The notes: a model not told the origin generated them from the sequence alone. A stretch of DNA of 64,000 nucleotides from Candidatus Marinacidobacterium sp. (GCA_965220965.1 OZ244852.1:608001-672000), one strand, 5' to 3'; counted from the first letter of the stretch, positions 28,515-38,758 are shown. Numbers and translations: made by a program.

Positions 28515-29965
28515 AGCCGGAGAGCCAGCCGCACCGCTTCCGGCAGAGGTCGGGGAGCGGAGCGCAGGGTGAGGAGGACCAGCGTGGCGGCCCCGACGCC
28601 GAGCGCCACCGCGGCGGTCGGGGCGCCGAAGCCCGGTCGGGCGGCCTCGAGCAGAACGAGCGCGGCGAGCCCCGCAATCATCGAGGCGGTGGCCGCCCGC
28701 GCCGGAACCCGGCGCCAGGCGAGCCCCAGCATCATCGTCGGCGCCAGCCCGGCGGCGAACACCCCGAATCCGAGCGTTCCGAGCCAGACGATGAGCCCTC
28801 CCCCGGCGAGGTGCCAGGCGGCGACTCCGGCGGCCAGGATGCCGACGAGCGCCGAAGCCCCGCGCGCCGACCGCAGACCGCCCGTGTCCCCGTCGGCGCC
28901 ACGGCCCAGCGCCGCGGGAAGGTCGCGGACCAGAGCGGCCGCCCCGAGGTTCAGGAAGGCGTCGCTGGTCGAGAGGATCGCGGCGAGCACCGCCGCGCTC
29001 AGCAGGCCGGCCAGAATCGCCGGCGCCTCGGGGAGCGACATGACGGCGAGGGCGGCGTCGTCCGGGTGGGAGAGGGCGGGGAGCCTCCCGCTCGCGGAGT
29101 GGGCCAGCGCCGCGGCGCCGAGGCCGATCCAGACGAGCAGGCTCAGGCTCTGGGCGCCGCCGATGACCGCGGGCAGGGCCCGAAGCGACGCAGGGCTCCT
29201 CAGCATCAGGAACTTGTGGAGCATATGGGGCTGGCCCAGCACCCCGACGGAGAACAGCAGCAGGAACCCGAGTCCGGTCCCGGGGTCCAGCACGCCGAAC
29301 GGCTCGAGCCGCCGGAGCGCGGCCTCGCCGCCTCCCGCTACGGCGGTCACCAGGCCGTCGGGGCCCGAGACGCTGGAGAGGGCCCACCAGAAGGCGGCGA
29401 CCGCGGCGCCCGCCATGACGACGCCCTGGAGCACATCGGTGTCCACCGAGGCCACCATGCCCCCGCCGAGGGAATAGGCGAGGAGAACGAGGAGTCCGAG
29501 GAGGAGTCCCGCGGCGAGGCCGAGGCCGGGGAATGCGACCTGGGCCGCGCGCGCCAGGGCGGAGAGCTGGACGCCCAGATATATCACGCTTCCGAAGAGG
29601 ATGACCGCGGCGGCTACGGCGGCGGGCGCCCTTCCGCCGAAGCGGAACCCGACCGCCTGCGGAAGCGTCTCGGCGCCGCTGGCCTCGGCGATCAGCAGGA
29701 GCCGCCGTCCCACGGTGCGGCACAGCAGCGCCGCGGTGAATCCCGCGGGAACCACGATAAGGAGCGAACCGAAGCCGATCTCGGCGGTCCATCCCGGCCC
29801 ACCGAGGAACACGAACCCGCTGAAGGCGGAGGCGGCCACCGCGAGACCGGCGCGGAACGGGCCCAGCCGCCGGCCGGCGACGAAGAAGTCGGACTCGTTG
29901 CGGGTGCGGCGCATGGCCAGCAGGCCGACCGCGAGGGTCGCCAGCAGGAGCAGCGCTGGAATCAT
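28511..29965 (-). CDS. Sodium:solute symporter (PutP/SSS family)
   Basis: DFFVAGRRLG, ASAFSGFVFLG, YSLGGG...TDVLQG, GQPH, AAILST; about 13 TM segments. Confidence 0.88.
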   Translation of the reverse strand: MIPALLLLATLAVGLLAMRRTRNESDFFVAGRRLGPFRAGLAVAASAFSGFVFLGGPGWTAEIGFGSLLIVVPAGFTAALLCRTVGRRLLLIAEASGAETLPQAVGFRFGGRAPAAVAAAVILFGSVIYLGVQLSALARAAQVAFPGLGLAAGLLLGLLVLLAYSLGGGMVASVDTDVLQGVVMAGAAVAAFWWALSSVSGPDGLVTAVAGGGEAALRRLEPFGVLDPGTGLGFLLLFSVGVLGQPHMLHKFLMLRSPASLRALPAVIGGAQSLSLLVWIGLGAAALAHSASGRLPALSHPDDAALAVMSLPEAPAILAGLLSAAVLAAILSTSDAFLNLGAAALVRDLPAALGRGADGDTGGLRSARGASALVGILAAGVAAWHLAGGGLIVWLGTLGFGVFAAGLAPTMMLGLAWRRVPARAATASMIAGLAALVLLEAARPGFGAPTAAVALGVGAATLVLLTLRSAPRPLPEAVRLALRL

Positions 29966-30477
29966 CGGGAGATCCCCGTCTCGGCGTCGCCCGCCCGCCC
30001 GGAACCCCTTGCGGGAGGCGCCGCCGCTTCGCGGAGCCGTCGCAGATCCTCGTTCGACGGGGGTTCGAAGGCGGCGGCGAACCCGACGGTCGTCAGCAGC
30101 AGCGGAACGAGGAAGACGCCGCTCAGCAGGGCCCAGAGCGCGCGCGGCAGTCCGAACGGTCCGTCCCCGCTGAGGAGCGCGGCGCCAGCCACGCCCAGAA
30201 CGAGGGAGGCGGCGAGGCCGGTCGTCGTCCACCGGTCCCATCTCGCGCCCCGGGCGCTCCGGTTCGCCCCAACCGCCGAACCCGTGGACCACACCGCCAG
30301 GATCGCGAGCGCCACGGCGCCGGCGACAAGTCCGGCGCCGGCGCTCCCCCCTGCGGGCGCCGCCACCGCGGCGGCGGCCGCAGCGAGCGCAAACCCGGCG
30401 ATCGCCGGCTTCACCGAGCGCCGGATCGGCGCGGCGCCTGAGGGGCGCTCCGTGGACCGGTGGCTAACATTCCACAT
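29962..30477 (-). CDS. Small integral membrane hypothetical protein coupled to the SSS gene (start uncertain)
   Basis: About 4 hydrophobic segments; stop overlaps the symporter ATG (ATGA). Confidence 0.55.
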   Translation of the reverse strand: MWNVSHRSTERPSGAAPIRRSVKPAIAGFALAAAAAAVAAPAGGSAGAGLVAGAVALAILAVWSTGSAVGANRSARGARWDRWTTTGLAASLVLGVAGAALLSGDGPFGLPRALWALLSGVFLVPLLLTTVGFAAAFEPPSNEDLRRLREAAAPPARGSGRAGDAETGISR

Positions 30478-30494
30478 CCTTGAGAAGGGGATTC

Positions 30495-31319
30495 ATGGTA
30501 GTGCGCAGCTTCCTCTCGTTGGCGTTCGTCCTTGCCGTTCTGGCGGCCTGCGCGGCGCCGCCTCCCGAGCCGGCCGCGCCCGCCCCGGCGCCGGACACGG
30601 TCGCCGGCTGGCGCATCGTGGACCTGAGCCATCCCTACGGCGAGGGCACGCTCTACTGGCCCACCGACACCCGGGGCTTCGAACTGAACACGCTCGCCGA
30701 GGGAGAGACCGACGCCGGCTTCTTCTACGCGGCGAAGGAGTACGCCTCGGCGGAGCACGGCGGAACGCATATCGACGCCCCCTACCACTTCGCCGAGGGA
30801 CAGGCGGATGTGGCGAGCGTTCCCCTTTCGCGCCTCATCGTTCCCGGCGTCGTCGTGGATGTGGCCGCGAGCGCGGACGCCGACCCCGACTACCGGGTCA
30901 CCGCGGCGGACATCGAGGCCTGGGAGGCCCGGAACGGGCGAATCCCCGACGGCGCCGGCGTCCTGTTTCGCACCGGCTGGCCGGCTCGCTGGCCCGATGC
31001 GCTGGCCTATCTGGGCGATGACACCCCCGGCGACGCCTCCGGGCTCCACTTCCCGGGGGTCTCCGCCGACGCCATGCGCCTGCTCGTGGACCGGAACCCC
31101 GGAATCGTCGGGATCGACACCGCGAGCATCGATCACGGCCCCTCGCAGGACTTCATCGCCCACCAGATCGGGGCCGCCGCCGGGATCCCGAACCTGGAGA
31201 ACCTCGGTGATCTCTCGGACCTGCCGGAGACCGGATTCCTGCTGGTCGCGCTTCCGATGAAGATCGAGGGCGGCACTGGCGCCCCGGTCCGCGCGGTGGC
31301 GCTCATTCCGCCCGGCTGA
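30495..31319 (+). CDS. Cyclase family (kynurenine formamidase-like) metal hydrolase, lipoprotein
   Basis: EHGGTHIDAPYH, GIDTASID, LENL, PMKIEGGTGAPVR. Lipobox LAAC; SD-like AAGGGG before ATG 30495. Confidence 0.88.
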   Translation: MVVRSFLSLAFVLAVLAACAAPPPEPAAPAPAPDTVAGWRIVDLSHPYGEGTLYWPTDTRGFELNTLAEGETDAGFFYAAKEYASAEHGGTHIDAPYHFAEGQADVASVPLSRLIVPGVVVDVAASADADPDYRVTAADIEAWEARNGRIPDGAGVLFRTGWPARWPDALAYLGDDTPGDASGLHFPGVSADAMRLLVDRNPGIVGIDTASIDHGPSQDFIAHQIGAAAGIPNLENLGDLSDLPETGFLLVALPMKIEGGTGAPVRAVALIPPG

Positions 31320-31390
31320 TCCGGGCGGGAACGGGAACCCTCGCCTGATCGTCGACGCCCGCTTCGGTGGGCGCTGATCCGCGACCGCCG

Positions 31391-32800
31391 ATGACCGAAG
31401 AGCCCGCGAAACCCCATCCGCTGGCGCGGTTCGCCGCGCTCGTCGTCGAGGCGCTTCGGGGGTCCGACCGGGATCTGACCTCGGGGCCGCTCGGCCCCGC
31501 CGTGCTCGTCCTGGCGGTGCCGATGGTCATCGAGATGATCGGCGAGTCCATCTTCGCGGTGGTGGACGCCCTCTTCGTTTCCCGACTGGGGGCGGCGGCG
31601 CTGGCTTCGGTGGGCCTCACCGAGACCGCGCTCAACTTCGTCTTCGCGATCGCGATCGGTTTCTCGTTCGCGGTGACCGCCGTCGTCGCGCGCCGCTATG
31701 GCGAGGGCGACCGGCGGGGCGCCGCGCGCGCCGGGGTTCAGGCGATCGGGCTGGGCATCGGGTTCTCGCTGGTCATGGCGGTGATCGGGGTCTGGTTCGC
31801 CCCCGACATCCTCCGCGTCCTGGGAGCGGACGCCGAAGTCGTGGCGACCGGGACGACCCACGCCCGGATCATGTACGCGGGGATGGCGACGATCATCCTC
31901 CTGTTCCTGAACAACGCGATCCTGCGCGGCGCCGGCGACGCGCAGGCCGCGATGCGGGCGCTGTGGATCTCGAACGCGATCAACATCGTCCTCGACCCGT
32001 GCCTCATCTTCGGGCTGGGTCCCTTCCCGGAGCTGGGCCTTCCCGGCGCGGCGGTGGCGACCACGATCGGGCGGGGAACCGGAGTCGCCTACCAGTTCTG
32101 GGTGCTGGCGAGGGGGAGGCGGCTCCGGATCCGCCGCGAGGACATCCGGGTCCAGTGGCCGGTGGTGAAGAACCTGTGCCGGGTCTCGGTGGGGGGGATC
32201 GGGCAGATGCTCGCGGATGTCCTGCCGTGGCTGGTGCTCATCCGGATCATTTCCGGCTTCGGGTCGGTCGCGGTCGCGGGGTGGGTCATCGCGGTCCGGG
32301 TGGCGCTGTTCGTGATCCTGCCGGCGTGGGGACTGTCCAACGCCGCTTCGACGCTCGTCGGACAGAACCTCGGCTCCGGCCAGCCGGAGCGGGCCGAGCG
32401 GGCCGTCTGGATCACCGCCTTCTGGAACATGGCGTTCATGGCGGTGGTCACCGTCGGCTTCGTGGTCTTCGCCCCCGACATCGCGGGTCTCTTCGGGGCG
32501 GCCCCCGAGGTCGAGGCGCTCGCCGCGACCGCGCTGCGGGTCGTCAGCTACGGCTATGTGGCCTACGCGCTGGGGATGGTGACCCGCCAGGCCTTCAACG
32601 GGGCGGGGGATACCCGGACCCCGATCTGGATCGACATCCTGTGCTTCTGGATGTTCGAGATCCCGCTCGCCTGGGGCCTCTCCCGGACGGCGCTGGGCGT
32701 GGACGGAGTCTTCTGGGCGGTCGCCATCGCCTACTCGGTCTCGGCCGTCGTCAGCACGCTCTGGTTCCGCCGGGGCAAGTGGAAGACGCAGCAGGTCTGA
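31391..32800 (+). CDS. MATE family efflux transporter
   Basis: LAVPM..E, VDALFVSRLG, LRGAGD, NIVLDP.LIFG, GAAVAT, GQNLG, C-terminal GKWKTQQV; about 12 TM. Confidence 0.92.
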   Translation: MTEEPAKPHPLARFAALVVEALRGSDRDLTSGPLGPAVLVLAVPMVIEMIGESIFAVVDALFVSRLGAAALASVGLTETALNFVFAIAIGFSFAVTAVVARRYGEGDRRGAARAGVQAIGLGIGFSLVMAVIGVWFAPDILRVLGADAEVVATGTTHARIMYAGMATIILLFLNNAILRGAGDAQAAMRALWISNAINIVLDPCLIFGLGPFPELGLPGAAVATTIGRGTGVAYQFWVLARGRRLRIRREDIRVQWPVVKNLCRVSVGGIGQMLADVLPWLVLIRIISGFGSVAVAGWVIAVRVALFVILPAWGLSNAASTLVGQNLGSGQPERAERAVWITAFWNMAFMAVVTVGFVVFAPDIAGLFGAAPEVEALAATALRVVSYGYVAYALGMVTRQAFNGAGDTRTPIWIDILCFWMFEIPLAWGLSRTALGVDGVFWAVAIAYSVSAVVSTLWFRRGKWKTQQV

Positions 32801-32865
32801 ATCCAAAGACCCACACCGGGCGCCCCGCCCCGCCCGTGGGAGAATCCCGTTCCGGAGGAGCGGTC

Positions 32866-33291
32866 ATGAAGTACCGGGCGCGACTGGCTGTGCTCGGCGT
32901 CGTCTCGGGCGCCGTGCTCGGGACGGTTCTGGGTAGCGTCGGCCCCGAGATCGGCATCGCGGCGGGGGTGGCGATCGGCGCCGTGACGGGCGCCCTGGCG
33001 GGCGTCGCGGCAGGCGGATTCGGAGGGGAGGACGCGCGGGCGAAAGTTTCGGATCAGCGCGGCTTGCTGTCCGGCGCGAAGCAGGCGGCGATGGGGCTCG
33101 CGGTGGGCGCTGCGGAGGGCGCCGCGCTGGGTGCGGTTCTGGGAATGTTCATCCTCCCCGGAGCGGGCGCCGAGGCGGGCGCCGCCGTGGGTTGCCCGGC
33201 GGCCGCGATCTCCGGCCTCCTTGTCGGGTGGATGGCCCAGACTCCCCCGTTCCGTAGGCACGCCGCGGCGCCGACGCGCCTCTCAGGCTGA
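32866..33291 (+). CDS. Glycine-zipper small membrane protein
   Basis: GGAGG SD before the ATG; two pairs of GxxxGxxxG helices (GAVLGTVLG, GAAEGAALGAVLG). Confidence 0.65.
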   Translation: MKYRARLAVLGVVSGAVLGTVLGSVGPEIGIAAGVAIGAVTGALAGVAAGGFGGEDARAKVSDQRGLLSGAKQAAMGLAVGAAEGAALGAVLGMFILPGAGAEAGAAVGCPAAAISGLLVGWMAQTPPFRRHAAAPTRLSG

Positions 33292-33325
33292 GGCGCGCTG
33301 TCCGGAGGACGTCGGTCTTGGGGTG

Positions 33326-35464
33326 TCAGGCGCTCGGCCGGCGCGGAAGCCGGGAGACGCCCACCAGGAAGGCATAGATCTCGGCGATCTCGCCGAGGCC
33401 CCGGTAGCGGCCCGACCGTCCGCCGTGTCCGGCGTCGAGGGTCGTCCGTAGGAGGATCCGCGCGTCCGGATCCGTGTTGCGTTCCCTCAGGCGCTGGACC
33501 CATTTCGTGGGCTCCCAGAACTGGACCTGGGAATCGTGGAGACCGCTCGTCACGAACAGATGGGGCAGCCGGGTGTTCGGGATGTTCTCGTAGGGTGCGT
33601 AGCCGGCGATGCGGTGGAAGAACGCCTCCTCGCGCGGATCCCCCCACTCGTCGTACTCGCTCGTGGTCAGCGGGATCGATTCGTCGAGCATCGTGTTCAG
33701 GCAGTCCACGAAGGGGACCATCGCGACCGCGCCGGCGAACAGATCCGGAGCGCGGTTCACCACCGCGCCCACCAGCAGGCCTCCAGCGCTGCCCCCCATC
33801 GCGAACATCCGGTCCGGGTCGCAGAGCCGCCGGTTCCGCAGGTGGCGGGCGGCGGCGATGAAGTCGGTGAAGGTGTTCTCCTTGGCGTGCTGGCGGCCCG
33901 CCTCGTACCAGGCCCGGCCGAGTTCCTGCCCGCCCCGGATGTGCGCGATCGCAAAGGAGAAGCCCCGGTCCAGCAGGCTGAGCCGGATGCGCGAGAAGGT
34001 CGGATCCATCGGGATGCCGTAGGAGCCGTAGCCGTAGAGCAGCAGCGGCGACCCTGGTCCCGGGGGGTGATCCCGGTGGTGGACGAGGGAAACGGGAACC
34101 CGGACGCCGTCCGGCGCGCGGGCGATGAGCCGCCGCTCGCGGTAGTCCTCCGGACGAAACCCGGGGACCGGGTCGCGCTTCAGTTGCCTTCGCCGCCCGG
34201 TCTTCAGGTGGACCGCGAGGGTGCGGGGAGCGGTCTTCGGTCCGCTGACGACGACCCGGACCTCCGACGCATGCGGTTCGGGGTTGTCCTCGGGGTCGAG
34301 CGCGCGCAGCCGGCCGGGAAGGCGCGCGAGTCGCGACTCCGAGCCGTCCCACGCGAGGAGACGCAGCTCCTGTCGGCCGCCGCGCCGCTCGAAGACGGCG
34401 ATCCCGTCCTCGAACGCCTCGAAGCCCTCGATCTGGGCCCCGTCGCGGGCCGGGACCAGGTCGCTCCAGCGGGTGGGGTCGCCCGGAGCGTCTTCCGGCG
34501 CCGACACCAGCCGGTAGTCCGGCGCATCCCGGTTCGTCCGCAGGAGAAAGCGGTCCCGGAAGTGGTCCAGCTCGAACAGATGCCGGCTTCCCCGGGGGAC
34601 GAGGCGGCGCGGCGCGGCCTCCGGCTTCCCGGCCGGCACGGCCCAGGCCTCCGCGTCGTCGGTCTGCTGGCAGTGGATCAGCAGGAATTTCCGGGAGCGG
34701 CTCTCCTCGACGCTCACCGAGAATTCCTCGTCGGTCTCTTCGAAGACGAGCCGGTCCGCCGCCGGCGGGTCGCCGAGGCGGTGGTGGACCACCTGGAACC
34801 ACCGCAGGGTCTCCGGGTCCAGACGGGTGTAGAAGACGCCGCGACCCGAAGCGGTCCAGGCCAGGTTCGGCGCGGCGCCGGGAAGACGGTCCGCGAGGAA
34901 TCGGCCGGTCCGGGTGTCGAGGAACCGGACTTCGTAGGTCCGGCGGCCCACGGTGTCCACCGCGATCGCGACCAGGTCGTGCTCCGGCGCCACCTCCATG
35001 GCGCCCAGGTCGAAGTGCCCGTCCCCCGCCGCGCCGTGTTCCTCCGCGGCCATGCGGTTCAGATCGAAGAGGATCTCCTCCGGGCCGCGGCGGCCGCCGG
35101 GCCGGGCGGGGCGCCGCCTTCGCCAGAGGACGGGGTACTCCTGCCCGCGCTGGTAGCGCGAACCGTAAAGAAACGGACCGTGGCGAACCGGGGGGGACGC
35201 GTCGTCGGGAACGATCCGGTCCCGGAACTCCTGCTCGATCCGGTCGCGGAGCGCGCCCCACGGCGCCATGACCTGGTCGGTCCAGGCGTTCTCCGCCTCC
35301 AGGTGGCGGAGCGTCGCCGGATCCTCCCGGTCCCGGATCCATGCCCACGGATCGGTGAAACCCCTTCCGAACCGCTCCCAGGTCGTGGGACGTCGCGGGG
35401 CGCGCGGCGGCCCGGCCTGCGGGCCGCGATGGGAATTGGGAGCGGGCTCCCCGCGGTCCGGCAT
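33326..35464 (-). CDS. ptrB: Oligopeptidase B (S9A)
   Basis: DPWAWIRD...HLEAENAW, YGYGSYG, HIRGGQELGRAWYE, GGSAGG, EYDEWGDP, HDSQV, AGH. Confidence 0.92.
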   Translation of the reverse strand: MPDRGEPAPNSHRGPQAGPPRAPRRPTTWERFGRGFTDPWAWIRDREDPATLRHLEAENAWTDQVMAPWGALRDRIEQEFRDRIVPDDASPPVRHGPFLYGSRYQRGQEYPVLWRRRRPARPGGRRGPEEILFDLNRMAAEEHGAAGDGHFDLGAMEVAPEHDLVAIAVDTVGRRTYEVRFLDTRTGRFLADRLPGAAPNLAWTASGRGVFYTRLDPETLRWFQVVHHRLGDPPAADRLVFEETDEEFSVSVEESRSRKFLLIHCQQTDDAEAWAVPAGKPEAAPRRLVPRGSRHLFELDHFRDRFLLRTNRDAPDYRLVSAPEDAPGDPTRWSDLVPARDGAQIEGFEAFEDGIAVFERRGGRQELRLLAWDGSESRLARLPGRLRALDPEDNPEPHASEVRVVVSGPKTAPRTLAVHLKTGRRRQLKRDPVPGFRPEDYRERRLIARAPDGVRVPVSLVHHRDHPPGPGSPLLLYGYGSYGIPMDPTFSRIRLSLLDRGFSFAIAHIRGGQELGRAWYEAGRQHAKENTFTDFIAAARHLRNRRLCDPDRMFAMGGSAGGLLVGAVVNRAPDLFAGAVAMVPFVDCLNTMLDESIPLTTSEYDEWGDPREEAFFHRIAGYAPYENIPNTRLPHLFVTSGLHDSQVQFWEPTKWVQRLRERNTDPDARILLRTTLDAGHGGRSGRYRGLGEIAEIYAFLVGVSRLPRRPSA

Positions 35465-35475
35465 CGGCCGGAAGG

Positions 35476-37542
35476 TTACTGGCCGACCGGCACTTCGTCG
35501 CGCGGCGGCAGCGGCTCCTCGGGAGCGCCCAGATGCCCCGCCTCCAGGAACGCCATGACCCCGAAGAGCGCGCCCCAACTGTGGAAGGGGTCGCTCGAGA
35601 GGCGCTCGTCGTCCCCGGCCCCGGTGATCGAGGAGTAGTTCTCGCTCACGTATCCCTTGCGCCGCCACTCCGAGAGGAACATGTCGAGCGAGCGTTCGGA
35701 CAGCTCGGCGGCCGTCTCCCGCTCGCCGGCGGCGCGGAGCCCGAGGTAGGTGAGGAAGTTCAGGGGCGGCCAGATCGCCCCCTTCCAGTAGCGCTGGCGG
35801 GGGAAGGAGGGATCGTCGCGGGTCGTGGAGGGAAGGATGAACTCGCCCCAGAACTCCTCGGGATTTCTCAGGTGCTCATGGATCAGCCGCGCGGCCCGCT
35901 CCGGCGAGGGGACGCCGGCAAGCAGCGGGTAGAAGAGGGTGGGGGAGCGCCGGCGGGAAGGCCGCTCGAGGTCCGTGCGGTAGTTCAGGTAATACCCCGC
36001 GTCCTCGACCCAGAGCCCCTCGAGCGCCTCGGCGTAGCGGTCGCCGCGCTCGGTGAGCTCCTCGGCTTCAGCAACCCGGCCGAGGCGGAGCGCCAGCTCG
36101 GTCAGCGCCCGGCAATCGGCGATGTAGAGGCTGGTGAGGCCCACGTCCTGGAGCTCGAGGGTGTTCTTCTCCCGATTGAACGGAACGTCCTCATACATCG
36201 GCGAGTCGTCCATCCCCGACTCGTAGCCCGCCGCGGTCTTCGTCCGGACGACCGGCTCCCGGAACGGGTTCTTCGCGGCGTGCGACCCGTAGGAGAGGAG
36301 ACCCCCGTTGTCCCGGGCGGTTGGCCACCACCGGTTCCATTCCAGGAGCGGGTCGAACGCGGCCTCCTCGAACCACCGCTCGGGGAACCGGCGGATGATC
36401 TCGCGGACCATGATGCCTCCCACCGGGGGCTGGGAGCGGTCCCACGATTTGGAGCCGTTCCCGCGGTTGTCGTTCGGGAGGAACCCCTCCGGGGTGCGGC
36501 CGCGGAGATGCTCGATGGCGTTTGCGAGCGCCAGATCCCGGCTCTCGAGTCCGGCGAGCCAGGCGAGGAAGAAGTTGTCCCAGCCGAAGAGCGCGAAGCC
36601 GCCGTACTCCTCGTTCCAGAGCCGGCCCACCGTGGAGACCACCCGTTCGTCGCGCGGCTCGTAGACCGTGTTCCAGCCGAGGCTGGAGGTCACGGCGATC
36701 CACGCCTCCGCGAGGTCGCCGTAGGCCGCCGCCCGCCGCTCCAGCGCAGCGCGGGCCTCCTCGAGTCTTGCGCCGAGGTCCTCGAGGGTCGGCGCGCCCG
36801 CCCCGGTGTGAAGGCCCACCGGCTGATCGAGCCGGACCACCCGGTGCGGCGCCAGCCCTCCGGTGTAGGGGTCGTCATCCGGCGTCCCCAGAACCCGGAC
36901 CCGCTGGCGCCCCGAGGGGAGCGTCGCGATGAACCCGGCCTCGTCCGTCGCGACCGAGCCCGGGCGATTCCAGACGGTCCCGACGCTCACCACCAGCTCG
37001 AAGGGATACGGCGCCGGGGCGCCGGGGGAGACGAGCACGATGAGGTCTTCGCCGCTTCGGCCGAACTCGATGCGCGCCTTGAGCCCCTTCCATTCGAGGT
37101 CGAGCCGCCCGTAGGACCCGTCGATCGCGCGGGGTCCCGGGCGGACCAGCTCGGCCTCCGGCCCGGAGCGGCCGATGAGGGTGGTGGGCAGGAAGTCCTC
37201 TTCGAGGAAGTCGTGCCGCTTGAGCGCGAGGTCCACCGCCAGGCCCTCCGGCAGCAGGACCCAGCGAAGCACGCTCCGGTTGTCCCAGGTGTTCCAGCCG
37301 GTGGCGAGCCGCTGCTGGATCTCGCGGTACTCGGGTCCGTTCCCGAGCTCCTCGTCGTACTCCGCGTATCGGTCCGGCCAGTCCGGTTCGGCGTCCGACT
37401 CGACAGCCGGCTCCACGGAGGGCGTCGCGGGCTCGCCGCAGCCGCCACCGGCGATCGCCGCCAGCAGGACCAGCAGCGTCGCCGGGCCGCGGACCCCCGG
37501 GATGAACCCGGCGAGCGCTCCAAGCCCCCTCGGGGGCGTCAC
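35476..37542 (-). CDS. GH63/MGH1-like (alpha/alpha)6 glycoside hydrolase, probable lipoprotein
   Basis: FGWDNFF, RSQPP, YESGMDDSP, YWKGAIWPP.N, ENY. N-terminal hydrophobic stretch ending GGGC. Confidence 0.8.
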   Translation of the reverse strand: MTPPRGLGALAGFIPGVRGPATLLVLLAAIAGGGCGEPATPSVEPAVESDAEPDWPDRYAEYDEELGNGPEYREIQQRLATGWNTWDNRSVLRWVLLPEGLAVDLALKRHDFLEEDFLPTTLIGRSGPEAELVRPGPRAIDGSYGRLDLEWKGLKARIEFGRSGEDLIVLVSPGAPAPYPFELVVSVGTVWNRPGSVATDEAGFIATLPSGRQRVRVLGTPDDDPYTGGLAPHRVVRLDQPVGLHTGAGAPTLEDLGARLEEARAALERRAAAYGDLAEAWIAVTSSLGWNTVYEPRDERVVSTVGRLWNEEYGGFALFGWDNFFLAWLAGLESRDLALANAIEHLRGRTPEGFLPNDNRGNGSKSWDRSQPPVGGIMVREIIRRFPERWFEEAAFDPLLEWNRWWPTARDNGGLLSYGSHAAKNPFREPVVRTKTAAGYESGMDDSPMYEDVPFNREKNTLELQDVGLTSLYIADCRALTELALRLGRVAEAEELTERGDRYAEALEGLWVEDAGYYLNYRTDLERPSRRRSPTLFYPLLAGVPSPERAARLIHEHLRNPEEFWGEFILPSTTRDDPSFPRQRYWKGAIWPPLNFLTYLGLRAAGERETAAELSERSLDMFLSEWRRKGYVSENYSSITGAGDDERLSSDPFHSWGALFGVMAFLEAGHLGAPEEPLPPRDEVPVGQ

Positions 37543-38699
37543 TCCATCTTCCAGAAGGCCAGCCCCGAAGCCTGTTTGCCGACCTCGACGACGGCTTCGC
37601 GCCGGGTCGTTTCGAGGTTGTAGAACTCGACCCGTCCCGGCTCGCCGCCGATCTCCTCGACGGTGACGATGGCGAAGCGGCTGTCCGGGGTGATCGCGAC
37701 GCCGTGTGTGATGCGGGCCGAGGCCGGGACCGAGGCGCGCTCGCTCCCGGTCTTCAGATCCCAGAATCCCACTGAGCTGTTCGTTTTCTCGGTCACCACC
37801 AGGTGTCGGCCATCGGGGGAGACATCGATGTTGTAGGGGCCGTTCCGCGTGTCGAATCGGCGCCGGGGGGCCCACTCCGCGACGTCGACTTCGAGGACCT
37901 GGTTCGCTCCCTGAAGCGCCACGTAGAGCGAGCGCCCGTCGGGAGTCGGCTGGACCCAGGTCGGGTTGACTCCGGCGGCGCCCCCCATGGCCATGCCGCC
38001 GTGTCCGGCGTGGGCGTCGCCTCCCATCGATTCGACGGCGCCGGTCGTGGCGTTGTCCGCGGTCAGCCGCATCCGCCGACGCGGCTGGAGCGTCATGGAA
38101 TCGATCTCGAACAGCTCCGAACTCATCATCGCCACCGAATACGCCAGCATCCCGTCCGGCCCCAGCCGCGACCCGTGCGGCATGACGCCCTGTTCGATCT
38201 GGGCGATCTCGGTCATGGACACCGTATCGATCACCGAGACGCTCGAGGGGACGTGGTCGCCGTGCAGGTTGAAGTTCACGACGAACAGGAATCCGGTGGT
38301 CGGGCTGATGTCCATCGTCGCCGGAAAGAGCCCGGCGGTCGCATCCGCGACTTCGAGGTCGGTCCCGGTCTCGAACTTGTGGACCGTGCCGTAGGGCATG
38401 CCGTGGGCGATCGAGACATACCAGTGGCGGCCGTCGGGAGACACCTGGATGCCGTGCGGGCCCTCGATCTCGTTCGGGAGGATCCCCACCGGAATGCGGC
38501 GGACCAGTTCCCCGCCGTCCGGCCCGAAGCGGACGAGGTCCACGGTGTCGTCGGACTCCGCGGCCACGTAGACGAAGTAGTCGTGATCGGCGCTGGTCTG
38601 CGCTGAGGCGGTGAGCGGCGCGGCGAGCGCGAGGAGCGCTCCGGAGAGGAGCGGGCGTCGCGTCGACCGCCGGAGTCGGGGGAGATCGGGGAGCGGCAT
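37539..38699 (-). CDS. Exported YncE/YVTN-type beta-propeller protein
   Basis: Signal peptide; repeats GPHGIQVSPDGRHWYVS, PYNIDVSPDG, THGVAITPDSR; His/Met-rich insert. Confidence 0.8.
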   Translation of the reverse strand: MPLPDLPRLRRSTRRPLLSGALLALAAPLTASAQTSADHDYFVYVAAESDDTVDLVRFGPDGGELVRRIPVGILPNEIEGPHGIQVSPDGRHWYVSIAHGMPYGTVHKFETGTDLEVADATAGLFPATMDISPTTGFLFVVNFNLHGDHVPSSVSVIDTVSMTEIAQIEQGVMPHGSRLGPDGMLAYSVAMMSSELFEIDSMTLQPRRRMRLTADNATTGAVESMGGDAHAGHGGMAMGGAAGVNPTWVQPTPDGRSLYVALQGANQVLEVDVAEWAPRRRFDTRNGPYNIDVSPDGRHLVVTEKTNSSVGFWDLKTGSERASVPASARITHGVAITPDSRFAIVTVEEIGGEPGRVEFYNLETTRREAVVEVGKQASGLAFWKME

Positions 38700-38758
38700 G
38701 GGGAGGCGACCGATTCTATGGGGAGGCCGCGGAAAGGCGTCGGGCCGCGCCGAATTGC

